This document shows positions 53,530 through 64,000 of a stretch of 64,000 nt of DNA, in pieces; the first letter of the stretch is position 1; every line of letters begins with the position of its first letter. This DNA is from Octopus vulgaris (taxonomy: Eukaryota). The stretch covers positions 115,754,001 through 115,818,000 of the forward strand of contig OX597815.1 in NCBI GenBank assembly GCA_951406725.2, given 5' to 3'. The notes under the pieces were generated by a model that was not told where the DNA came from, did not search any database, and worked only from the letters and a program-made list of their open reading frames with translations. A program made the position numbers and the translations under genes.

Positions 53530-54758
53530 TAAAAGGGTGAGCTGAAAAGTTCCTAAGCTGACTATGAAAAAGTGATGCATTAATTTCAACACTTCTTATT
53601 AATAACTGCTTTGTTTCTTTCCAAGTAAACTGACAACTCTTCAAAGAAGACTTCAAAAGTAACTGGTAGCAACTTCTCTTCAAAATTGGCAAAATATGGC
53701 ATTGTGCTGTTAACAAGTACCTACAGACAAAGGGTTTAGCCCCCAAGGACATTCATGCTGACATGGTTGCTACATTAGGGGAAGACACACCAGCTTTATC
53801 AAAGTGCAAAAGTGGGTAACTAGATTTAGAAGAGGAAAGGAGAGTTTTGAACATGACCCAATGTCTGTTCATCCTACAACTGTCACCACCATGTTCAGTA
53901 CATGATGACAGTTGACAAGTAATTGACTATAAATCAAATAGCCAATGTTATTAGATATCTCATATGAGTTGAAAATACTCTGCACAATGAACTTAGCATT
54001 ACAAAGGCTTTTGCTCAGTGAGCGCCACGTCTTCTGACATTTGATCAAAAGTGCACCAGACTGATCACATCACAGGAAAATCTGGCATTGCTTCAGGCAG
54101 ATCCAGCTGGTTTCCTTGAATGTTTCCTAATCCAGGATGAGTGTTGGTTTCATCACTGAGCCAGAGACAATCTATGCAGTGGAAAGACCCCTCCTCACTT
54201 GCTCCAATGAAGGTCAAGGTCCTTTCATCTGCAGGGAAGGTGATGGACTCAGTTTTTTGGGATGCAAAAAGCATTGTGTTTATTGACTTTTTCAATGGGT
54301 CACATCATCAATGGAGAGTACAACACCAATTTGTTGAGGTAGATACAAAAAGCTATCAAGACCAAACACTCAGGAAAACTGACAGAAGGAGCCTTGCTCC
54401 AACACACAAGTCCTTCATTTCAATGGCTACTATGCATGACTGTGGCTTTGAACTGGTTGATTGCACATACCACCCCCTATTCTCCTGATTTGGCGCTATC
54501 TAACTATCATCACTTCCCCAACATGGTAAAATACTTGACTGAAAACCATTATTGCAGTGATGACATCATATCAGCAGTTGATGACTTTTTTTTATCAACA
54601 AGATGAAAGCTTCTTCATCAATAGGATCCAAGCACTGTAACACCAATGGAAGAAGCGTGTGGACTGCAAGCAGGGCTATGTTGAAAAATAAACCTCATTT
54701 GGTCACATTCCACGAGAGTATCTCGGTCAGACTATGAACTTTTCAACTGATCCTTGTA
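53530..54758 (+). mobile_element. Full-length decayed mariner transposon, family 2
   Basis: TA-flanked TIRs (aagggtgagctgaaaagttc / gaacttttcaactgatcctt). Peptides SAGKVMDSVFWD and PYSPDLALSNYHHF (YSPDL motif). Confidence 0.93.
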
Positions 54759-55144
54759 TATGTATAATTTAAGGCTTTTCTATTTTCGCCCTTATTAATA
54801 AATTGCATTTGTTATTTAAATGCCTGGTTTATATTAGAATGGACAAGAGCAAGTGAAATACAATTTTTTACAGCCAAAAACAAGAGAAATGAATATTTTA
54901 ACAATGCAAGTAGAAATAATAATATTCCACAGATTTTAATATATAAATATCACTAGTATTAAATATCCATTTCAGATTAGTGTGACCCTATCAAAATAAG
55001 CATACAATATTTTAAAGAAGAATTAACCAAGCTAAAAACATTCAGCCAATACAGAAGGCTAAGTTACTTGAAAGTGATGATCACACTCATGCTGATGGTG
55101 CATGAGATATTTAAAAAGATATTGAAACGTACGATCTTCTAGAC

Positions 55145-55418
55145 CAGTGCTTCTATCCGGGGTTCCCTGGAACCCTAGGATTCCGCAAGAAAGAGTGAGA
55201 TAAGCTAATGCTAAATTCATGATCATAATATTACTGTACACGCACAACATATTATTGGTTATTGTAATATAGACATCATCCTAGCTAACCTATTATGTTA
55301 TCAAAAATATATATACATGATATTTTACCACATGAACTATGAAAGAATATAAGGGGTTCCTTGAGACATGTAATTAATTTTAAGGGTTATGCAAGAGCAA
55401 AAAGATTGAGAAACAATA
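55145..55418. mobile_element. hAT (Charlie/Buster-like) MITE
   Basis: Begins cagtgcttct and carries repeated ggggttcc motifs. Flanks ttctagac / ctctagac match the NTCTAGAN Buster/Charlie target site. Confidence 0.8.
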
Positions 55419-56172
55419 CTCTAGACTGTTGGACACAAGAAATATAAAGAAAAAGAAAGAATATTGTAAGAAAAAAGTTAAAAACTAGAAAACTAAGTTG
55501 GAGCATAATGTATCTGTGGTCAGCTAGGACTTGAATGAATACAAGGAAATCTTGAGAATCATGCAAAATTAATGTAGTTGGTGTAGGAGTAAGTGGTGAA
55601 AAGACAAAACAGTTAGACACAAAAACAGTAAAGTCCATTACAAATGACAAAAAAAAAAATCAGTGAAACAGCTGATGAAAAAGTAATCAAAAATGTAGTT
55701 AGTGAAAAATGACCAAGCAAAATCGAGTTTTTAAAGCTAATAGTCTTATATTGTAAATAAAGGCAGATCATACATTAATGTATCATATGATATCTAATTG
55801 CATAAAAGAAATTGCCTTAGGCTGTTTTACATTCTTGAATGTCAGACAAAAAGTAGCCAAAATGAAAAAAACTGGTGAAAAAAATTTACCAAACAATTTA
55901 AAATATCTATTTATAACTAGCAATGGCAAAAGTGTTTGTTCTAATACTCTGCTTGAATGCAGCAACTGGTAAATCTTCCTACCCTGTATTGTTCTATTTG
56001 ACCCAGAACATTTAAAACCGTTTTAATGCAAAATCTAAATATGATGGGCTTCTAAGTAGTGCACCAGATAAGTTTTTCAATGTAGTAACTAAAAAGAAAA
56101 AGTGATTGTGGAGATATCACTTATAACTAAAGGAGCATCAAAAATACAGTTCTATATTTAAGAGATGAGGTA

Positions 56173-56623
56173 CATTATTTACATTCAACAGATATTTGTC
56201 CTCATGTTGTTTGTTGTTAACACAACAACTATACCCTCTAGCCTTCTTCAGGTATCTTGGGGAAATTTTGAACCTGGGTTCTCATTCCTAATGTATTTTT
56301 CAGTGATGTTATTATTATTGTCCAGGTCACTGCTTGGAATCGAATTTAGAATCTTGGGGCTACTAGCCCGCACTCTTAACCACTATGCCATATGACCATG
56401 GAGTAGTGGTTAAGAATGCGGGCTATAACCCCAAGATTCCGAGTTTGATTTCAAGCAGTGACCTGAACAATAATAATAATAATAATATTGAAAAATACCG
56501 AAGGAATAAGAACCCAGGTTCAAAATTTCCCCAAGACACCTGAAAAACGCTGAAGAGTATATCAGCCGAAACGTGTTAACAACAAATAAGATGAGGACAA
56601 ATATCTGTTGAATGTAAATAATG
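56173..56623. mobile_element. Palindromic (foldback) element: two head-to-head tRNA-headed units with hammerhead-ribozyme remnants
   Basis: Arms of ~220 bp are reverse complements around a ~6-nt spacer at 56392-97. Each arm has A/B boxes, (AAT)n and a CTGA-stem-GAAAC-type segment. Confidence 0.85.
56535..56577 (+). ncRNA. Degenerate minimal type-I hammerhead ribozyme motif (right arm)
   Basis: gacac-CTGAaaa-ac-gctg...cagc-c-GAAAC-gtgtt. The core is mutated here; the left arm retains CTGAAGA and the GTT triplet but has lost GAAAC. Confidence 0.5.
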
Positions 56624-58088
56624 AGCATCAAAAATGTTAAGATAAAATCAGGAGTCACAAAACTATTTGGTTCTGCAACAGATAAAGACTTGAACTTAGA
56701 GTTGGTGATGCTGCAAATAATACTGCAAGTCTGAATAATTTACAATTATTTTGTGACAAATTGTATTCTTTTTATCATAAGTCCCTAAAAAATCAAGATG
56801 AATTAAATGCATGTGTTGATGCCCTTTACTGTCGATAGTTGAAAATTGTTATGTTTTCAACTAATCAAATTGTAATGGCGATATAGTAACCATGTAGAGC
56901 AATTTGAGGGCATTTTGGAAGAATAAGCTCTGATAAATAATTTGGGCTTGCTGATGGATAATTTGCTACAGCTGTTTGAACAGTCAAACTATAGAACCGA
57001 AATAGTGCACTTAATTAACTACTTGAAGATATTAAATGAACTAGAATAGGTTTTGAATGTCAAATAGTTTGGCCTTTTTTTGTCGTTATCAATAGTATAG
57101 CAGAAACTGTGACTTAACCACCTTTGCTGTGCCAGAGTGGTTTCCTGAAAGAAGTATTTAGCTCCATATGTTACTACCTCTTCACTCAAGGGTGTGTCAT
57201 GAAGGAATGACTAGTCAATACATTTGCTATAATGGAGGCCAGAAACTGTACATATCTGTCCCTTTAGATTTTCTGTAACGGTTAGTTCTCTTAACCTCTT
57301 TTTTAAATGCTCAATAAATAATCCCACATGGCAGCAGGAGTTTATTATTATAGTGGGCATTATTTGTGCAGAGCCAATCCCACTTTCCCATCCTCAAAAC
57401 TTGTATCAGTCTGATGCAACAAGTGTCACGAGCTCAGTAGTAATCAAGGTACATAATTTGTATAGAGTTACCTTCTCTTAAACGAGCAGCAAAATAGTTG
57501 AAGGGTCTCATCTGCCCTGGGCCTATCAGTGAGTGACCTATCTGTGTGTGACTAGTGAATGATCTTCTGGAGGCAATTCCATGACATGCTAATTAACCCT
57601 GACAGGTGCTACTACTCTAGGTCAGAACAGGTCAGAACAGACCTGAGAACAATTTCTCAAAAATCATAGAACTCTTGAAATAGGGCTCTGCTACCGAAGA
57701 CAGTCTGAAGTCATACTCAGGACGTGAATGTCAAATAATGACGGAAAAATACTATTCTTAAGTGCGGAAGGCAATAAGCCGAATAATATTTAATGGGGTA
57801 ACTTTGAAGGTCAGCTATCTATCAGAGCCTACAGAAAATTTAAGAGATCTAAAATGAAAATAATTTATGCACATTTTCAGCAGTTGCTAATGTCTATAAG
57901 TACAATTTCAATGTCAACTGAGAACTGTCGAAGCTTCCTTCAGTGGCATCAATATAGATATGTCGTCAAAACGTGCACGACTGCAAATTAATATTCTTTC
58001 AAGTTAGTGGAGATTCCACTACCAAAATTAGAAACTGAAGAATATCAGGACATGGTCTTAGTAGCAAAAGATATGTTGAAGAAACGAC

Positions 58089-58717
58089 GGTCAATATAAA
58101 GATCCTCACCCGTTAACGAAAAAAAAAAAGAGGCCTGCTGGGTGTTAACAACTGTGTAGAAAACGAATATGAAAAAAAATTTGCGCAAACCACTTGAGGG
58201 GGGGGGGCTTTCGGAAAATTCACAAGATCCGATTTTTCCCTCACAGCTTTCAAGAAAATGGATATATGATTTTTTTTTTTTACGGAATCCCACGTTTCCG
58301 GTTATGGAGAATTCGATTCTGAAAAACAATTGTTTGTGAAATTTCAATTCTTCAAAAAAAAAAAAAACCCACCTCCCAATTCTACGGCCTTGGCCTTCAA
58401 GCAGGCTATCCACATGCTAGAAATAACAGCCAAATCTCACAAAACTGCGATAACATAATGAAAGAAATATACAATCAATCTGCCCATTTTCAGGTCCACA
58501 AACACACGTTTTACGCTGGTCAAATGATTCTCTTTCATTACACTTTGTTACAATATTTCTTTGCTATTTTTACTTTTCTTTTTTTTTCAAAAGAGCTCGC
58601 TATTATTTCTGCACTCATTTTTTGTAACTTTCAAGTTTTCTATATTGTTGTTAACACCCAGCAAGCTAGGGTTTTTTTTTATGTTTTCGTTAATGGTTGA
58701 GAACCTTTATGTTGACC
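58089..58717. mobile_element. Non-autonomous DNA transposon with ~100-bp TIRs
   Basis: ggtcaatataaag...tgctgggtgttaacaac is mirrored by gttgttaacacccagca...ctttatgttgacc. 8-bp TSD gaaacgac / gaaacaac. Confidence 0.8.
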
Positions 58718-59163
58718 GAAACAACATGCAGAAAGCGATGGCAATAAAAAAGGGAAGATTATATAGTTATAAAACGTTCTATAACGCAAAGTGAATTGTA
58801 AAACAATAATGCATTCATACTTTAAATGGGAGGAATTTTAGAAATTCAGAATATATTTAAAGATTGACTGATTGTCGTGTCTATATGCGAGTTCACATAC
58901 GTACATACATATAAACACACAATCATACCCTCCCATCTTAAATATCAACACAAACATTAACAAGAAAAAACGATACAGTCACTCCCTCTGATCTCAGAAA
59001 TATGTATTAAAAAATCTGAATTATAAAAAAAAATCAATAAACAAACCAGCCACAACACAAAGGAAAAAATACTTCAGCAAACCAAATAAACTTCCTAAAG
59101 GAAGTTTGAGAAAGTGAAAGTGGGACGCTATACTCAAAGATTACTACTTCCATTATCTTACAT

Positions 59164-59318
59164 TAGCTGGTATTACTTTGTTTGTTGGTCACTGGAGAAC
59201 TATTTTCCTTGACACTGTACTTGACTGGACTTTTCCCTGTTCTAGAGAATATTTTAAGGTCCTTGTGTTTAAGCTGTGTAGTCAGTCACACACACTCACA
59301 AACAAATTAATACCAACT
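59164..59318. mobile_element. Small MITE-like hairpin element
   Basis: 21-bp terminal inverted repeats agctggtattactttgtttgt / acaaacaaattaataccaact. Confidence 0.55.
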
Positions 59319-60737
59319 CAGATTTGAGAAAGTGAAAGAGGCACGCTATACTCAAAGATCGACAGCAATTGCTCTCAACATCTGAAATTCTCATTCGTGA
59401 CTTTCCAATAAAACCAGATTGAGAAGGAACATTTTGCTGCTACAAAATATAAGGAGCAATCTCGTCCTTTTTCATATGGACATTCGTTTGAGTACTATTT
59501 TGCAAATATAACAGTGAGGTTGAACTAGCAGATAAAAAGTTCATGTATTACACACACTAAATTATACAGACTATTCTCAAGTAAGCATTGAGTGTTTCTA
59601 AAATTTAGTGAAAACAACAGATTTAACTGTTTTACTGAAGGTCACAGCAACCTTCAATTGATCCCTTTCTGTATTTAAGATCACATATTTGTAAAAGAAT
59701 GCTTAGAAAGCAAAAACAAGTTTCATTTTGTTCACAAATACTAAGGAACAAATATTTCTCTCAAACATTATGGAAACATGCACTTATTTATAATTATTAC
59801 ACTGTCAGTAAATTATTAAATATTTCAGTAGAAAATGTTATATAAAATATAGGGAAGACGTCAAGATTATAGTGACATATATAGAAACTGAATAAAACTG
59901 AGTCAACATTAATTTCTAACAAAATGCACGAAGGAATGAGCATAGTGCTCATCATGCCTTTATCAAAAGATCAAAATTAAATACAATTTTACATAGCACT
60001 CCTAAAATTTACGGAGCAATAAGACGTTGTTATGGTCATTCATTATTTAAGGACACTAGCGATTGGGACAAACTGTCGTAAACTTAATTAAAAACGTATG
60101 ACCGCGAAACGGCAACCCAATTCTTTCAAGCAAAAATTCATACTAAATTCCTAATATGCTGCGTACACATGCACTCGGTATGTCCAGTGGAATTCAGCTT
60201 TGCTTCGCATTCTTCTTATTAACATGCATTAAGAAAAGGATTATGAAGTAACTGAGACATTAATTAATAAAACTAACCCCCACGTGTCCGTGAAAAATTA
60301 AAAGCTGATAGCTTGCCATCGATACGTGCTTCAATGTAGGTAAAAAGAAAATTAATATACGATAAAGAATTATTATAATTAGGCAAATATATACCTACAC
60401 ATGATTAAATGAAGTTCACACAGCCAAAACTAGTTAATACAAATAAACAGGAAGGCGCTTTCTTGATAATTATCGTAAGTTGAAATGAGTGTAACAAACA
60501 AATCGCTTAATTTATGAAAGATCACGGACGATCTTTTTTGTAATATAAAAGCAAGATAGAAATAAAATTTGTGTGATATGATAATAAATACTGTAAACAG
60601 AATAGTCTTATATATTAACTAAGATCAGTTTAGATCTCCACGCAAAACTTATGAAAATATATTCATTGAGGCATACAACGTGAAAATTTTCCTAAGACAA
60701 TAAAGGAGGGAAAAAATTTATTTTAATTGGTTTCTAC

Positions 60738-60905
60738 CTGCGCCTGTCCCGGTACTTGAGGAACTTCCATCTGACTTAATGCTGCACTCAAATCATGAAT
60801 GTCGATAGAACCGTCTTTATTTACATCTAGACGGTTAAAAAGTGATGCCAGCTTTTCTTTTTCTTCGTGAGAAAGCTCATGAGTGTTATCCGGAGAAGAC
60901 GACAT
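60738..60905 (-). CDS. SLC25A25: SCaMC-type Ca2+-binding mitochondrial ATP-Mg/Pi carrier, first recognisable coding exon (EF-hand 1)
   Basis: Translates MSSSPDNTHELSHEEKEKLASLFNRLDVNKDGSIDIHDLSAALSQMEVPQVPGQAQ, containing the EF-hand loop DVNKDGSIDIHD. Ends CAG|GTAGAA (phase 0). The start ATG is uncertain because the frame stays open upstream to ~61007. The gene symbol is a family-level call (SLC25A23/24/25). Confidence 0.85.
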
Positions 60906-61659
60906 TTTATTATCACATGAAATACCACTTACGCTCGCAGACAAACAGAGTGAGACCGCAGCAAATGATGACTGGTGCGTGTGTTGCGATATGAAAACTT
61001 TATAATTATTTTAGTTTTAATTTATAACATATATAATATATAAATGTGTGTATTCCATTGTGTAGAAATAAATATCTCTGATTTTAGTATTTGTACTAAC
61101 GTTTTTCCATAAGTGTAATTAATGTTAATAATGTTATTATTATTAATAATTTATGTACATTTTCATAACTTAGAAGTCCACTCCTTACAAGTGAATTGTG
61201 GGTTTTTTTAATACATTCTTAATTATCTTCGTGACACATCCACGCGGAAAGCTGTCGAAGGTGTGGAAATTGTACTGAACGTTGATTTTTTTTTTACGTT
61301 TTTTTAATTTCTTGCAACAATAAAAATTTGCAAACATCTGCATACGTTTTAAATTTTCCAACTAAGAAGGACCCTTTATTATGCAGTCGCTCAACCGACT
61401 AGAAATAGTAGTCAAATTTCTTGCAAACCACATCTAACCGTTTCAAAAGTATACCTTTGACTACAGTTCCCGATATATAAAAAGACATCAGTATCATGAC
61501 TGGAACGGGTTTTTTTTTGTTTCTTTTGGTCTTGATAGGCCTGCCTAATCAAGTCTAATCTAGAGTTAAACAAGGAATTACTTTTTTAATATTACGAAAT
61601 CTTCTGAAAAAGAAACAGGACAAAATTCTGTCTTATTTCTTCATTCTTTACAATAAATA

Positions 61660-61848
61660 TAATAATCCTTTCTACTATAGGCACAAGGCCTGAAATTTGA
61701 GGGAAGGGATGAAGTCGATTACATTGTCCCAGTGAGTAACTGGTACTTATTTAATTGGCCACAAAAGGATTAAAGGCAAAGTCTACATCGGCGGAATTTG
61801 AACTCAGAAGGTAGCCACGGGCGAAATACCGCTAAGCATTTCGTCCAA
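61660..61848 (-). mobile_element. tRNA-derived SINE (Meta/MESC-like core)
   Basis: Reverse complement of the 39199-39411 type (ggcaaagtc...cggcggaatttgaactc). Confidence 0.8.
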
Positions 61849-61937
61849 ATATTTCATCCCGATAATGTTTATTTAATTTTTGTTGTGTTTTGTTTCTATA
61901 GCTAACTAATTAGCTTATGATCTTTTATTTCAGAGAA

Positions 61938-62068
61938 AATGGACTCATACATTGTTCGCTTTCCAGACATTTTTACATTACTGCATGTACTTTATATGCA
62001 CTTTCTGACAAGTTGTGGTGCACCTGAGCACTGTATACAATAATTTCATTATTATTATTATTTTATTA
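61938..62068 (+). mobile_element. CR1 LINE 3'-end fragment
   Basis: Matches 50770-50887, including the (ATT)n tail. Confidence 0.8.
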
Positions 62069-64000
62069 TAACAGTGTTTAGAAAAGCTACAAGCGGCGTA
62101 CTGACTGAGTCAAAGGAAAAAGTATTTGGAATACTAGAAGAATAGTGAATAGGATTCTGGAGATAGAAATTTTGCCGATTCAGTTACTTAACGTCAGCAG
62201 AATTTCAGATTAGGCATCCCATCCTTCATAAGAAAGGAAAATGTTAATTTTTTTCCCTTTTCCCTCCTTATTCTTTCATTCAATGGAAATTGCGATTCTG
62301 AGTTTTTTGCCTTATTTTTATTCAAAATTTCTATTTTTAACATTTTACCACCCACTTCCGTAACCTTCTTCGGGTGTAGTTTTGGTACAGCCGTCCCTAG
62401 AAGTTTCATTCTTCAGTGAGAAGAAAAGGGATAGTTTCTTTTCTTTTCTTCTGGTAGAGAGTGGGGCACAATAAATAAGATTTTCTGCCTTTTGACTTGG
62501 AGAAAAGATATATTTTTTACAAATGTTCACTACCTTACAAAAACTATATCATCTAAACAAATTACCTTCTCCAAATACATTAAAAACACTATAACATAAT
62601 TTGAACACTATCTCAGAAAACTATCTCCATTAGCTGGGGAAAAATGAGTATACCAAGTAAGGTAAATTTGCCTCTTCAGTTCTTCAGAATTGCATCTGAA
62701 AAATGACTCATGCATACCAATATCCATCCTTACACAGAAAAATCAGAAATGCAACAAAAAATTTAAATGTTTAGGTCAAGTTGAAAGCAGATCATAGAAA
62801 AATGGCACATGATATGAAATCTGAAAACATAAAATATTCTCTATAGTTTCTTCACGATCTGCTGGAGTGGATCTCTTCATAATAGATTTACACACCATGT
62901 AGTTAAAGAGAAGAAATTATTGAAGTTAGTCATTACTCATTTTGCCCCAGTTAGACATCATGATTTGGAAGTTGTAGATTATCAAATTAGACATTAGTGT
63001 GGAAGAAAAATTGACTTGGAATCCAACAGAGAAAAGAATATTGATTGTTAAGCATTAAAAATTATCCAGATATTTTATTAACAACCTCAATTACAAATCG
63101 AGTTAGAGTTGAGGAAAAATTTCTCGAAAAATAAGCACCTGTCACTTGACTATGTTTCAAACTCTTTCAACTTCAACAAATATGTTAACCAATCTTACTC
63201 CCAAAAATGATGCAATGGTACAAAATTATGATGTACTAGGGAGAAAATAGGAAATCTTAAATGATTCATGTTGCCCCCTCATACAAGGAAAATTACGATT
63301 TTGACCAATTTATTTTCCAAAAATTTATTTTTACATTTTGCTTCTTTCTTCTGTACCTTTTTCCTTTCCCATTAGGTGTGGCACTTTGAAGAATAGTTAA
63401 TCCAAAATATCCTCTTCTATGGGTCATGGGTCTCCTAATCCAAAACTCTGCCTCAAAATAATGGCTGCAAGATTAGATGGACATATTACATTGAGAAATT
63501 ATATATTCAACAAGCGAGGTAGTGGTTGTTTGTTATGTTTAAGAAACACATCTTTGTTCAAGTAAGATTAAAGTCAAGACCAAAATAATCAAACTGCTCT
63601 AAGAGCCCTACATTTCATCAAGAAAGCAGAGAGATTAAATGAAATTATTCAAGGAGCTTGTAACAGGTTTCAAATTTGTGGTAATTTTAATTATAGCTTT
63701 ATAGACTGAACAGTTTAAAAGGGCAAAATCTTTTGTAGGTGTGTTGGATTCTTTCTAATACAATATACAAATCAGATACTAAAATATACTGAATTTTGCT
63801 CTAACTAAAGGTTTGATTATAGAAATTTTGAAGGTAAATTCATCCTTCGAGTGGTTTTGATCATAATGGGTTTGAACATTCTTATTGAAAATGCAAAGCT
63901 ACTATTTTGTTGATTACTGAGGTAAAAATAACGTAACTGAATGAGGCTTTTCAAAGATAAATGCTATTGAAAGAAGCTGGCATTTAAACAAGTATTACTG

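Noticed and set aside
56398-56465. tRNA gene call for this and other A/B-box heads
   Set aside because: No complete cloverleaf or acceptor stem; these are SINE-type heads.
62194-62530. ORF containing AVP (THAP-like C-terminal motif)
   Set aside because: No C2CH zinc-finger residues; cannot be assigned to any family.

Overview
AT-rich, repeat-dense eukaryotic genomic DNA. The SINE, RTE and mariner complement and the (TA)n microsatellites suggest a cephalopod, probably Octopus (an inference from repeat style). The window holds the 5' half of one minus-strand gene, a calcium-binding mitochondrial ATP-Mg/Pi carrier (SCaMC, SLC25A24/25 family). Four coding exons (60738-60905, 38513-38639, 34570-34657, 2593-2704) splice in frame at GT-AG sites into a 165-aa four-EF-hand N-terminal domain. 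The carrier-domain exons must lie beyond position 1. The introns (about 22, 3.9 and 32 kb) carry decayed mariner, piggyBac and hAT elements, RTE and CR1 LINE fragments, many tRNA-derived SINEs and several local duplications. The most unusual object is a ~450-bp foldback element (56173-56623). Each of its two head-to-head arms consists of a tRNA-like Pol III head, an (AAT)n tract and a degenerate minimal type-I hammerhead ribozyme. The large, repeat-poor third intron also contains candidate microexons and recursive-splice sites at the junction where vertebrate SCaMC-2 has a short alternative exon.
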